Below are positions 11,443 through 24,800 of a DNA stretch of 64,000 nucleotides, in pieces; within the stretch, counting starts at the first letter, position 1; each line of letters opens with the position of its first letter. Location of the stretch: NCBI GenBank assembly GCA_036867785.1, contig CP145411.1, positions 682,001 through 746,000 of the forward strand, in the 5' to 3' direction. The notes under the pieces are model-generated. The model did no database searches, was not told the DNA's origin, and was given only the letters and a program-made list of their open reading frames with translations. This DNA is from Plasmodiophora brassicae. Its lineage: Eukaryota. The translations under genes and the position numbers were made by a program.

Positions 11443-14191
11443 TCAGATCTTGGGAAACTGAAGGACATGCGTTGGTGGTATGTTGAGCTCTTGGTTGATC
11501 TTCGACGACAGATACTGCTCGAGCAACAATTTCAGTTGCTCGTTCTGCTCGGTCAGCTGACGCGTCTCAGCAACAATCTCGGCGCGCTCGTTCAGGATCG
11601 TGTTGTACTCGAGTAACGACGACTCCAGTGCGTTCCACACCTGCGAAACACGGCGTTTCAGCGAACATGACCGATTACGTGCCCGTCACCAATCGAACCT
11701 TAATCTTCTGTGGGTCGATGACGTTCACCAGACGGGTCCAGAACTCTTTGTCGCGGTTCTTCTTGCGTTCACGCTTCTCGGCGTTCGACTTGTCGGTCTC
11801 ACCCGGCTCCGCCTGTTTGTCAGCAGCCGAATTGCCCGATGTTGACTTCGCCTGCCGGTTGGCAACATACTTTCGGATGACCTAATCCAAAGGCATTGTG
11901 ACTTCTAAGCATGCATTGACCCGTCGCTGAATCGCACCTTGAGGAAGTCGTTCGGGTGCACAATTGGGACTTGCGATGCGCCGGATTCATCGCCTTCGTT
12001 CGTTGCCGACCCGTCGTGCTGAAAGAACATTGACGCGATCTCGTCCAAATCGTCTTTGTCGTCTACACCCAACGCGCGAAGAATCGAATCGCACTGGTAT
12101 AGGAGACGCTCATTGTCGGGGAACTGGGCCACGGCTTCCTGCACCTTCGGGTCGATGAGGAACGCTGCCTCCACCGCCAGAATCGTTAGCACTTTTCGAA
12201 GGCGTACATCGGCCCTGTACAGCCGTTAATCGTACCCACAGCTGAATTGCTTACCGCGACGGCTTACTCCGAGGATGACAAGGCCTTGCCAGACGCAATA
12301 CGGTTAGCAAGGGGTCCATTCGAGGCCCCAGTCGTCGTCCCGTCCGACTCTTTCGTGGTGGTCGGCTCGATGGGGACGGGTTCTGCATTGGGATCAATGA
12401 TCAAGTCAATGTTGGGAGGCGCCTCCCATGGGATGCACAGAATCTGTTCATGGATGATCTTGTCGGCTTGGAGGATCTGATCACGTTTCAGCTATTGTCA
12501 TTGCCCCCACTGCGCCTGGACTCCGACCTTCTTTACCAGACCAACAATCGATTCCTGGTTCATTGTCCAGATGTCGTCATATTTCTTGCTGTCAACTTTC
12601 TCGAAATGCCTGGCATCATCGTTGAGCAGCAGTCATAAATCAAGCACGAACGCGGATACGCAAACCTGAACTTTCGCTGAAGCTCCTTGTACTGACGAGT
12701 GATGCGACTGTTACTAGTTAGGTGCGCTGCTAAATACGATACGTAGTCTGACAAGAACTGACCGGTACTCTTCGGTCAATTCGTGGTTCTCCTGCTTGAA
12801 GCGCTTGTCCTGTTCGGCATACTTCTGCTTTAGCGATCGCAGAGTCGCTGACAACCTGAAGCAGGGTTAGATTAGGATGGCGAACAGTTCTGTTTGCAGG
12901 CACCGTTTCAGCTTGCGCTTCTGATGGTCGACTGTATCCATGTTCTCTTTCTCGCGCTCCTTGAGAACCTGGAAGTTGTAGTTGAGCTTCTCAGTGTTCA
13001 GCTGGTACGTCGATCGCATCTCCTCGAGCTGCTGCTCGAGAAGCTGAACGTTGTTCTCCAGGTTCATCTTCAGCTTGTTGTAATCCTCCGTGTCTCGCAA
13101 ACGCAACTCATCTAGGTCATCTTGGTACTTCTGGTCCCGTTTCAGCTTTGAATCCAGGATCTGCAATTCCATGGCCCGCCGATTCTCGAAGCACTCATCG
13201 ATTTGGTTTCTGTTGCCTTCGAGCATCTGCCTGCGCAAGATCTGAGGGGCGGCAAGTTGGTATTCGGTATCCTCCAAACGTACTTGCGCTCCTCAAGAAA
13301 CGCTGCCTCGATGGTGTCGAGCTCCTGTTGGTAGCCCTGCTGGACGTTCTGGAACTGGGCATGCATCACATGGAGAAGCTCAGCGATCTGTGTCGGGGTC
13401 AGATCCGATGGTGGCTGGCAGAGCACCCATTGACCTCATTCTCCTGCGTTTTGATCAGGTTGGTGAACTCCTCTGACTTGGCGCGAACCTCGGCCTCGAG
13501 CTCTTCGTTGACCTGGACAGAGCTAGCACGTCAGCAGTGTCCACGTGTCCGACTGAACGCCTGGTGGTAGTACTCGGGCCTTGGCTTTGACGACTTTAGC
13601 GCACTGGTCCTCCTGTTTCTGGATCTCCTCAGCAATCTCCTGCGGGACTTTCAATTCGACTATGGCGGCCCATTTCGCGTCGATCTCCTCCATGATCGTC
13701 TGCGACTGCTCAGCCTCCTCTTCAAGCCTAACGCGCATCCAGTCAATAACGTTCGCTCGTCTACTAACAGCCACCGACCGCTTTGCTTGTTGGGCTTTGG
13801 TCCTGACATCAGCTTGGCGACGCTCATACTCTCGCTTATCGCTTCGTAACTGGATAGAAGTGACCTGCTTTCGAGCTTCAGTCTAAACGCAATTTGTCAG
13901 CGTCGTATCCTCCAGGAGTCGCCAAAGGGCAGAACCTGCAACTGGCCAATTCGGTTCCGAGAGGTCAGCAGGGCCGTCTTGGAGATCGACTTGCTGGCTT
14001 GTACTTCCCCGCTGGGGGACACAGTATCGTGGCCCTCGCCCTCTGCATCTGGTGGGACGAGCGCTCGCCAATTAGGAACGCGAGACATCCCCTGCAGCGT
14101 GTCGGGTACCCTGCTGATGCCGGCGGTTCTTGATGCGCTCCCAGCGCGCCGCCATGCGCTCATCGATGGTCGCCTTCGATGCGATGTCCAT
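11443..14191 (-). CDS. DRC1: Dynein regulatory complex subunit 1 (CCDC164 / NYD-SP28 family)
   Basis: EDYNKLKMNLENNVQLLEQQLEEMRSTYQLNTEKLNYNFQVLKERE; RITRQYKELQRKF; C-terminal VWNALESSLLEYNTILNER..QNEQLKLLLEQYLSSKINQELNIPP. Confidence 0.92.
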
Positions 14192-14360
14192 GACGCCGTC
14201 CAATGGGATGGCGACTGATCGAACCGTACCCGACGAGCGATCTTGACGACGAACGAGATCGCCACACAATCATACCGGTTGCAAGTCGCCAGCCGGCGCG
14301 CGCCGAAAGAGACGTGCATGAAATATTACAATATTGAATTAATGGATCTGGCCGATATTA

Positions 14361-14715
14361 TTAGGTGCCGATGATGAGTGATTGTGCCCAGGGAGACGAC
14401 AGGTTCGCGTAGAAGGTGACCAGCCAGGCAATCCAGATAGCTACGAACGCTGCTAGGGCAACTTGAGATCGCGTGACGTCTAACATGACGAATTAGAGGA
14501 GCGTCAGATGGCAATTTGGCGAGCGATGCAATACATTTCGCAGCAGTGGTGGCGCGACGGTGCAGAGCAATGTTGATGCACCAGACGACGGGGAGCACGA
14601 GCACGCCGCTCCACAATAGTTTCCGCGACGCCGCCGCCGTCTGCCGGGCACGGACCGTGTTGATATCGGCCTCGACGGGAACGACGACGTCATTGTCCGC
14701 ATCAGCGCCCTCCAT
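14361..14715 (-). CDS. PSENEN: Gamma-secretase subunit PEN-2 (2 exons)
   Basis: SRKLLWSGVLVLPVVWCINI...K|YVTRSQVALAAFVAIWIAWLVTFY matches the PEN-2 pattern (RK..G...LP..W..N; YV.RS; W...F). Confidence 0.75.
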
Positions 14716-14980
14716 CGGCACAGCCGCGCGCGCGCCCGCCCGCCCGCACACACACACACACACAGACCGGCGCGATATGGCCCGATGCCAGTCAGCCGGT
14801 CACTGCAGACCGAATTAGAACGCCGTCGCAACCTGCGCACAATGCCTCGCCGAAGACGCCGTCCACTGCATTCGACTTAGGTACATTTGCTGTCTATTCT
14901 ATTCGAAGTCCCGAAGGCGCTGCATTGCGGGGGATGACATACTAGGTCGGTCGTGTTTGATACACTGGAATCAGGTCGTG

Positions 14981-15439
14981 TCACAGGAGGTGCGCTCGCG
15001 TCGCGCCGGTGTCCTGGGTGGGCGCCCTCTCGTCCGAGATGATGTCCATAAGGAAATCGAAGCGCTCGTCGGATCGGATCACTGTGGTTAAATCGCTCCT
15101 CTGCAGCGTACAGTCAGGATTACGCGAACCTGCGGGTAAGCACCTTGTTTACCTGCAGCGTTCGCCGCGCGTTCCGTTTCGCTTCGTCCCATGTCTGCCT
15201 AGTCAGCGACGTAATGAACAGGGTACACGCCTTGGCAACGAGACTTGGCGCCTCCGCGCTGATCATCTAGCGGACCATGAGCAATAGTGCACCAGTAGCT
15301 ATCGCCTGCACCAGACCTTCACATCGCCATCGCGCTTCATGATGGTCTTGATGCGAGCGAGCGGTATTTCTGATCGTCCGCGCTGCGAATCGTCGTCGAA
15401 ATCGGATTGGCCGGTCGCGGTCACACCGTCAAACTGCAT
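14981..15439 (-). CDS. Histone-fold protein, NF-YC/HAP5/DPB3 type
   Basis: IPLARIKTIMKRDGDVK|MISAEAPSLVAKACTLFITSLT..RRTLQ|RSDL..FDFLMDII. Confidence 0.88.
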
Positions 15440-15872
15440 CGAATCGACCAAAACGTCCCGCCGTCGAGCGATCCACAACCTAGCTGTCTGATCGGACGTC
15501 TTATCGGCCGAGACCACGCCTGCGTTTCTGCCGTATGCCCCGCACAGGTACCACTAGTGGCGCACGAGCAGGGTTGGGTCATTATGACCGACGCACCTGC
15601 CGACTTGGACACGCCGATGAGCTTTGTGCAGGTGTAAGTACGATGCGTTATCATTGCACTTCGCGTACCGACTCATCAACTAACACGTACGTGGGCAGAG
15701 ATGCACCCAATGCAGCGGTCTTGTTAATGGGACGCATATCCGACGTGGCAGGGTTTAACAAACCCGGGAGAGCCTATGTATCACGGACAGAGGCCTGATG
15801 CAGAACGCTGTCTACCGCATCGATCGTCGTCACTGATTGGCATCGCAGAATCTGTAATGGACGACAACCCGC

Positions 15873-16688
15873 TGCGCAGTCGCCTGCACTAGTGGGCGTA
15901 CAACATCCGGACCGCCGGGCCCACTCGCTGACGAAGACGTTGTCGAGCCGTTCCTGTTCCGCGAAGCTCGCAACGAAGCAGCGTTCTTCGACGGCATCGT
16001 GCGGACGGCGTATTCGGTCATTCAGGCTCACAAGATCGGACATCTGGTGTCGACCGGGCTTCACAACCGTTCCCTACGCAACTGCGCTTTCAACCTCGGC
16101 CTGCTTCATGCAGATCTGGCGCCCGCCGCCATTTCGATGCACGGCGGCTGGGGTGACGCAACCTTGACCAAGGGCAAGAACGGAAGAGGCGCCGAGACAG
16201 TGTAACATGTCTTCATCCAGACCGAAAATGATTGTGTGCGCGCGCCATCAGGAAATGCCCGGACCTGAACACAGGCGGTCGGCTACCGCCCTCCGATAAG
16301 GCCTGGCCAGCCGATGACTGGAGGCGTCAGCTTGCGCACATCAATCATTTTCGGTCTGGATGAAGACATGCTACGCCGTCTCGGTGTCTCTTCCGTTCTC
16401 GCCCTTCGGTCCAGGTTGCGTCACCCCAGCCGCGAAATGGCGGCGGGCGCCAGATCTGCATGAAGCAGGCCGAGGTTGAACGCGCAGTTCCGTAGGGAAC
16501 GGTTGTGAAGCCCCGGTCCACACCAGATGTCAGATCTTGTGGACCGAATACGCCGCCTGCATGATGTCGTCGAAGAACGCTGCTTCGTTGCGAGGTTCGC
16601 GGAACATGAACGGTTCGACGATGTCTTCGTCAGCGAGTGGGCCCGACGGTCCGGATGTTGTACGCCCACGAGTGCAGGTGACTGCGCA
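15873..16688. repeat. Long imperfect inverted repeat (arms ~15873-16240 and ~16333-16688, spacer ~90 bp)
   Basis: e.g. catgtcttcatccagaccgaaaatgattg vs caatcattttcggtctggatgaagacatg; ttcaacctcggcctgcttcatgcagatctggcgcccgccgccatttcg occurs on both strands. Confidence 0.93.
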
Positions 16689-17030
16689 GGAGCTCGTTGA
16701 CGGCCGCCGACCACTCTGAGCCCAAGCACGTACAGCACAACGACACGCGGCGCGTCCAGAACACCAGGTCGACATGCAACTGGCTCAGGTACTGCTTGAT
16801 TGTGTCGCTCTTGCACTTGAGCGTCTTCCGGACCCATGTGAAGAAACGCGCAAACAGTCGCTACCCGCGTCGGCGCGGACATCCTTCAGGCACAGGTCGT
16901 CGTATGACAGCGGTGCTGGCGGCCTGCGTCGCGATGTCAGGACCAAAGCCCACATTACCGTGCAGGTTGTACACACCTCCGCGACGTTCGGCTTGCAAGA
17001 AATCGTTGAGCTTCGTGCGCGGCGTCCTGG
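16380..17030 (-). pseudogene. Degenerate tyrosine-recombinase-like (Crypton/DIRS-type) relic
   Basis: Frameshifted fragments FARFFTWVRKTLKCKSDTIKQYLSQL (core-binding-like) and HNRSLRNCAFNLG...ISMHGGW (box II-like; the GGW end is intact in the + strand copy). Confidence 0.4.
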
Positions 17031-17659
17031 ACGTTGTTGGACGCTTTGAGCGGGACGCCGGGGACGGCGGCAACGGCGCGTTGGGATTTATAGGACCATC
17101 TTGCCGTCCTCGGCCTCCGAAATCATCGGCAGTGGTCGGGTAGGGCACGCTTTCCATTCGTTGTTGCTGATGAACGCAACACCGTCTCGTTAGTCTGATA
17201 CAAATGATTTGGTGGCAGCCGCAGCCTGTCCCAGCCCCGGTGCCCGTCTGGACGATGGTTGGCCCCAGCCACTGAGGCAATGTCCCCGCATCCAGAAAAT
17301 TTTCGTTGGGTACCACAAGGTCGCGCTGGCCATACAGCTGTGTTACAACAACGGGCTGCTCACAGCATCTAGCGCCAGGATAAACCGGATTTAGTGGGAA
17401 TATCCCGTAGATCCCGCGCCCATCCCGTGCCGGGCCGATTTACGTATACAATCATCCCCGGTATCAGATGCGTGTGTGCCAGCTGCCCCACATAGTGTAA
17501 GTATTATCGTTTAACCTGCTGACCGGCAACATCAGGAGCAGCCGCGGATATCCGCCGGAATGGTTGTCGAGCGAACGCAGGGGGCCGCCCTGGACCCAAG
17601 CCCCCAGGGATGTGACGCGAGTCACGAAAATTCTGCCTGGCGAACTTGCAGTTGCCAAA

Positions 17660-19366
17660 ATGATTTGGTTGACATGGGTGGCGCTGGCGGTCGCCGCGAT
17701 CATGGCGTGGTATACGCGACCAGCGCGGCGTGTGAGGGACCTTCCGCAGGTCCCGGCGTCGTCATGGATCAATGGGAACATTAGTGAGTTCCTGAGGTTC
17801 GGCGAGCTGGCGTGCGAGAAGGCATGGGCGAGCATATACGGGCCTGTCTGCGTGTTTAGACTGGGTCGGGAGCCCAGCGTGCTCGTGTCCGATGCAGAGC
17901 TGGCCAAGGAGATCATGACGAATGGGACCGTCTGGACGATTCGACCGGATTTCCGGATGATCTTCAGACCACCGGATAACATTCTGTGGGCTAATGGGTC
18001 GAGGTGGAAATTCCTTCGTAATGCAACATTGCCGTGCTTCCAGCCGAGTAAACTAGCGGGGTTCGGGCCGCTCATGAACCGATGCGCGAAGGACATCGAA
18101 GACGTCTTTGAGAAGGCCGCTGACTCGAGCACAGTGGTCGACATGGTGAAATGGTATAAGAGTATGACATTGGACGTCATTGGAAGCGCTGCATTTGGGC
18201 AAGAATTCCACACGGTAGGTGCAACGCAAGGCTGAGGCGCTGTACTTACTGTTTGCCTGTCTTTTCAAAGGTCGCTGGACCAGGATGCCCCATCTCTGGC
18301 GCGGCAGGCACGTTGATGAAGCTACATCATGCGCGAGCCAACACGTATTGGTTGACGTTCTTGTCCTCAGTCGTCCGCCTGCCGGTACAAATTATGCTAT
18401 CCTGACTGCAATGAAGGTTTAATGGGTGGTATCAGAAACCGTTCGCTCGGTTTATGCCGTCATTCAAACCGGTGGTGAAACATGTTCGTGTTCTTGAGAA
18501 GTGGATCGAAGACACGATCGTAGACCGCCAGTCGGACGTGTCGAAAGCGAAGCACGATTTCCTGACTCTGATGGTGGAGGCGGTGGACCCACAGACGCAC
18601 AAGGGCCTGACCCTGAAACAGATTCAAGAGAACTCTCGCCTGTTCCTCTTTGCAGGTCAGCGTCTAGCGCCAGCTATGTATGCCATGTACCACTATTCTA
18701 ATGGTAATGTTGCAGGACACGAAACCACTGCGTTATCGTTAGCGCTCGTGATGTTCCATTTGGCAGCCAACCCAGACGTCAAGCAAAAGGTGTTCGATGA
18801 GGTCGATTCGTTAAAGTCCAAAGAAGCTGTGGAAACGGTTGACGAGCACGAATACCTCGGCTGGGTCATCAACGAGTCGATGCGAATGTGCTCGGTTGTG
18901 CCTGTAGTTGGGCGGGCTCCAGTCTGCGACACTGTCATTGGAAACGGGCGATACGTCATCCCAGCCGGAACGACGGTCCTCATATCTTGTGAGAATATTC
19001 ACCATGAACCGAAGTACTGGGAAGAGCCCGAGGCATTCCGCCCTGAAAGGTTTGATCCGGCCTCCAAGGAAGCCCAACAACGTCATAAGTTCGCGTTCTT
19101 ACCATTTGGAGGTGGCCCTCGACAATGTACGTATTGCCCTTGGTCCGACGCCTGTCAATCGTATGCTGATATTGCGGAACAGGTATTGGGATGAGGTTCG
19201 CGCTGTTGGAAATGAAAGTGACGCTGATACGTATCCTTCGCCGTTTCGGTATGAAGTCGTTGACTGTATCGACGCTGAAGTAGGCTAACGTGAATCGAAC
19301 CGTAGATTTCGCAGTCGATGAGAAAACGATTGTTCCGCTCAAGGCACAGTTCTTCATCACCCTTAA
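17660..19366 (+). CDS. Cytochrome P450 with N-terminal membrane anchor
   Basis: FLFAGHETT (I-helix), ESMR (ExxR), FRPERF, FLPFGGGPRQC|IGMRFALLEMK heme motif. Confidence 0.95.
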
Positions 19367-19704
19367 TTTTCCAGACGGAATCCATTTCCGTGTTTGCCGT
19401 CGTCGGGGTGTAACGGCATAAAATAATTTGCACCCCAGAATGACCCTGTGTCAGCGATACGACGTAATCCAGATTGATAGCCAGCCCGTAGAACCCGGCC
19501 GGGATGGCGATCTCCTTTGCCGTCCCGTTACAAACATGTACCATCATTTGTCGTTCGTCGAAGGCGCGTGTGTGCATTGACCTGGTGCGTATACACAGAA
19601 ACGTTTTATGTGTCAAGTGTATCCAAATAATACTATTAGAGTAGAACGAGTTTGCCAACAAAGACGATCGCAATATTTCAGCGGTTCATGTCATGTAGAT
19701 GTCG

Positions 19705-21209
19705 TCACAGTACGTCGAACGAGAATGGGCCTGCTTCAAAAGGGACGCCGCGAATGGCGAGACGAGATGACGAGCTCTGCGCATAGATGTACAGGACGAC
19801 GCATGCGGTAGCGGCAAGTACTGACGACAAAGTCATGACCGAGATGTCGAAAGAGTCCCAGGATGACGACCGCTGAGGAAACAAGGTCGGAATTGCATGC
19901 ATAGTAGTACGCCAGGGAATATGCCACGTGCGCTTCTTAATCCACCGCCACGGCTTCGCTCCAACAAGGGCACTGCCAGCAAGAATCCCAGCAACTGGAG
20001 TCTGAGGACACGAACGAGAATTAGAACGTTGGACCAGTAGGTGTAACGCTGTTGCATACCAACGACGTCTCACTTGCAGGTTCGGTCGTTGACCTAAAAA
20101 CAGTGTTAACGACCATAGGTGGAACGACGGCGGCCGTCAGCAAGCCGGCCACTCGCGCCGGGGACACAAGCGAAAGCCACGTGCTCTTCCGGTCGGTGGG
20201 GCTCGACCTGATTCCTGAAACGCGACTTGACGGATGTGGCGTGGACGAACGCGAGGGAGATCGGCCAGACAGCGATGTGTCGATGTGCTCATAGCCCATG
20301 CGAGATATTGCCCGACGTATAGGACGAGGAGCCATAGGCGTAACTTTGTACAAATCCTCCTGGTACAGCAATCCACGATCTGGCGTTCGTCTGATCCGCG
20401 GAGGCGTTATCGCGATATCTCCAGTTTTCAGAGGTGAAGGGGCAGTGGGCGACGACGTGTTACCCGAAGCATTGAAGTCCCCACGTTTGTCACCGGAATA
20501 GCCATCCGCGGTCGAAATTCGAACGCGCTTGATTTGCCTTGCACCACGCTCCCGCACAGACGCACCCGGCTGTGGAGATAGGTTAAAAGCATTCCAAATA
20601 CTGTACAGGGGCGTGTACCTGTTGGGCAATATCGCCTGCAGTGCCATCATGTGTACATGAAGGATCCGTGGAAGACTTTGCATGGGCAAAGTCGGCTATT
20701 CCGTCGGGGACCGTCTCTGAAAGCATGGGTTTCGCGGAAGCGCTGGGCGCGGCTGGCGGCGCTTTTCCAGAGGGGGTAAAGCGAAGCAATGCTGGTGGCA
20801 CATCTGCCACGGATGACAAGGGCGGAGAGATTGCTGTTTGGATCGCCTCTAAGTTCGCACCGAGCCTCGTTACCAAGTTGTTGTGGCTCTCACGCGGATT
20901 CACGCGTTCAGACTCTGTCCCGTTTGAGGGATCATCAGGTTGCCTAGGCTGCATAATTTGCTGCTGGACGAACGCATCGACATCGAAATTACTCTGTGGC
21001 CTAGCTCGAGATGCTTCACGTCGGATACGGAGAATCTCGTGCTTCAACAGCGATTTCGACAGTGGACGCCCACCAGGTCGACGTGAGCTCTTCGACCTTG
21101 TCGACATCCGGAAGTACGATGGCGAAACAACGTCGGCTCTGGCAAGCACGGATACCAGAATCTGAGCGACTACTACCAGGAAGATCAACCACACACGCCG
21201 CCGCGGCAT
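19705..21209 (-). CDS. Hypothetical protein with signal peptide, S/P/R-rich middle and C-terminal hydrophobic segments
   Basis: MPRRRVWLIFLVVVAQILVSVLA signal-like start; successive minus-strand ORFs linkable by short introns; exon boundaries uncertain. Confidence 0.55.
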
Positions 21210-21544
21210 CCCGACGATTGCAGGCAGACCTGCCCTCGGCGTTGAGTGACGCACCCTTCGCACTATTCTGCGCGGAGTACTCGGGTAGTTGCGTCGACAG
21301 AAATAGTACAGGGCGCACTCGGTTGCCGAAGACTGTCGGAACTCTCCGAGTCCGACACCGTCAAGCTTCGACCCCAGCCTCGACCCCAAGTATGGCGTTC
21401 ATGTCCCTGCCATATTTCCATGGTCTTTCGTACCACAAGGTACTGAGCGTCCTCTGCCCGGTTGGTATCCTTGGACATGTGACAGCGTCGCCAAGCAATG
21501 AAACCTCGCGCGGTTCGCCTCTCGGACGCAACATCATGAGAACT

Positions 21545-21650
21545 CTGTCGGCGTGATCAAGTCAGCGGTATTTGTTCTGTCGGCGTGACTAAGCCAGCGG
21601 TATTTGTTCTGTCGCCGTGATTTAAGCCAGCGGTATTTGTTCTGTCGCCG
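21545..21650. repeat. Minisatellite, ~3.3 copies of a 32-33 bp unit
   Basis: ctgtcg(g/c)cgtga..aag(t/c)cagcggtatttgtt repeated in tandem. Confidence 0.9.
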
Positions 21651-21893
21651 AGAGCTCAGCAGTCAGTACTGCACCAACAACCCGGGTTTCAAGTTGCCCC
21701 GCTGGGGTGTCCCGTGTGTTGTCCCGGTCCGAAGTGGACGTGGCGACGCTCACTTGGTCCGTTTTTGGACGCGGTCCCTCAGTGGCAGTGGCGGTATAGG
21801 CCGTGCGTGACGTCGTGGCTCGTTGGGGGCGTGACGGGTTGCGGTGCCATCATTCGGATAACGTTCGGGTAGTTTCCAGAACATTCATCGAGC

Positions 21894-24800
21894 ATGCAGG
21901 CGCCACAGTCACCGAGCGCCAAGTCGCCAACCGCAAAGCCGATCAAGATGCACGATCCGGCGTACACGGCGCACGACCTGCACAAGGATGTTGAGGATGG
22001 GAAATACGCTGGGTATGTACCGCCACTTCGACGCGTGCTCCCCCGGATCTGTTCTCAAGTGTTGTGCAGGTTCTTTGGTGGGTGCAACGCGCCATTCCAT
22101 GCGTTAGCGGAGGCCAGGTGTGGCAATGATTTGGCCAAGATCCACATGCAACGCACCAAGGATGAGTATGCGACTTCGCGCCTGTCTTGGTCCGTCTGCT
22201 GTCCCTGACGTGGCGTACAGGCACCTCATACAGGCGCTCGATGAACATCTGAAGAAGCCGGCGACGCAATCGCGATGGGCGGAGATTGTCTCGTTGGACC
22301 CTTATGGAATGTGGTCGTCCAGACCGACGATGGCGGCCACCACGGCCACGATGTATCTCGAGGAACTCAAAGGTGTAAAGTCATTGTTTGCTGAATATTA
22401 TTTGATTACATTGACTGAGAACATCGTAGGCCTGCCTCATGATGGGACGGTTGTGGGCGAAGATGGCGGTATTCGTATTGTGAAGTGCGCCGTCGACCAT
22501 ATCTGGAATATTCCTGGCATGAGTGCTCGCTTGTCGATGCCGGAGGATGCTATCCGGGATAAACTGTACCGGTATACCCAGAATGATCGCATTCTGGACA
22601 AAACGGTTTGTCTACGTCGTCTGCATCCGCTCCTACATCTGGTTAATGCATTTTATTCGTATGAACAGAACAAGGCATACGTTGTGCCGATTGGCGGCGT
22701 CACAGCGTACTTTTTCGGCGATATCCGCAAGCTATCTGATCCACGAACAGAGGTCGCGGTTCGTGTGCATGATGAGTGCAACGGGAGCGATGTTTTCGGG
22801 ACCGACATCTGCACTTGCCGTCCATACCTGATCTTCGCCATCCAGGTACCGTCCTTTACGTCGTGGTTAAACTTTGTTCTTTATGCTTCGCAGGGTGCAG
22901 TTGAATGTGCTCAGCGCGGGGGAGTTGGCGTCGTAGCATACTTTCGTAAAGAAGGGCGCGCTTTGGGAGAATGTCTGATACATACCGTTTGAACATCAGT
23001 ATATGGCTCTGAACGTGTCACATAGGTACCAAGTTTCGCGTCTACAATGCGCGTAAGAGCCAGCAAGGTGGCGACCGCCCGGAGACCTATTTCTTCCACA
23101 CAGAATCTATTGCAGGCGTTCGCGATGCAAGGTTTGAACCTCAATGTCCTGTTACGTCTCGTATCTGACGTTGGATCAGGTTCCAAGAGCTGATGCCTGA
23201 TATTCTATTGTGGCTTGGCATCAAACGTATTGACTGGCTGCTGTCCATGTCTTCTGATAAGTACGACGCAATCCGGAACGCTGGTATTGAAGTGATGCAG
23301 CGCATCTCCATTCCCGATGACCTTGTGCCGGGAGCTGCCCAAATCGAGATCAAAGCCAAAGTTTCCGCTGGTTACCACACCGAATCAATTTCAACTGAGG
23401 ACATCAACAAGCAGATACGCTCACTGGAAGCCGTTCGTGAACGCAGCAACCGTGTGTTCGAGCTGGCAAAGCGTGGCAAGTTGGTTCACTTCACGTTAGA
23501 TCTCTGTACGTTCTTCCTGAAGCATGCTCTCCGTGACGCGTGAACACCACCTGGTCACTGACTTTGGCAACGATAGCGAAATTGCCGGCTGCGGTTGAAG
23601 CCGTCGTCAAGTCGATCAAGACGACTTACCCCAAACTGAATATTCCTTTCCACAGCCGAATGAGGCACTTTGAAATTGATGGCGTTAACACTGTGCACCA
23701 GATTAGCCGTAAGGCTGCCAACGCTTACCGTTTCGGTGTCTGACAATACCTTTGTTCCCTAGAGACGTGGCGATGTGATCCAACCGAGCGAACCCGTCGA
23801 GTAATTGATCTCATTACTGTGGCCTGCCTTTTGGATGCCGGTGCAGGACCCGACTGGAAATATGTTGACGCGGACGGGAATACACGGGTAGGGAAGATCC
23901 CCTGCGGGCGCACAATCGAACCTAATATCCTGCACAGGTTCGTTCGGAAGGTCTGGCGACTGCAGTTTTCGATATGTTCCTATCCGGGCAGTTTTCCAGT
24001 GACGAGGCGAGTTCCCCTCGTTACCTTGCGTGGTCGCCTGTTTAAATGCTGTTCTAGGCTGTGCCGCACCGTGTGAATTCCCTGGGTCTCAAGAAGCTCG
24101 AATTGTCTGCAATTCAGAAAGGATTCCAGGTCTCGAAGACCAACCCTTTGGTTGGCGTTAAAGGTTTTCGTATCCGCTGGTATTGTACGTCAGTCCCTGA
24201 TGTTTGTCTCGAAGGCCGACTTGGTATTCTGCACCGGCTTGCTGAGGCGCTGGAGTCGTCTCCCGAATTCTTCGGGACGGAAATCTGTCGTCCTGGGTAC
24301 ATTGTCGACTATGTTAACAAGCATACTGTAGACGGGCATGTTTCAGTCAAGGTTATCTGGTGCGTCAGACTACCCAGGTGCTGTACATAATTGTCTCTAA
24401 GCCATATGTGAAGGCGTGCCGTCATCGAAGGTCTCCAGCTGGTTTGGCCAACGACCCTTTCTGGGGTCCGCCGTGGTGACGTTTGGTCGTACAATCCTCT
24501 CAAGACTTCGGTTCCTGGAAGCGACCTTGTGCCGTTCCACAAACTTTCTCAATGGCTTTTACTGTCCATAATGGAGCCTCTCATAGAGAGTGGCATTAAG
24601 GTAGGCTACTCGATTGTATATCCTTTGTCCAACATCTCGAATAACGCTGCCGTCTTGCAGATAGATGACCTTCACCTCTGCACTGGTCTTGCTGAGTACC
24701 GCAACGGAGGCCTCTTCATCGATACTGGCGTCCTGACGCCTCGAAACCCGGCTGCGCTGAACTCGTACTTTGACGTTGGTTCCGAGCTTGTTATCGAATG

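Noticed and set aside
21545-21650. CRISPR-like 32-bp repeats
   Set aside because: Units are directly adjacent with no unique spacers, no cas genes are present, and the context is eukaryotic.
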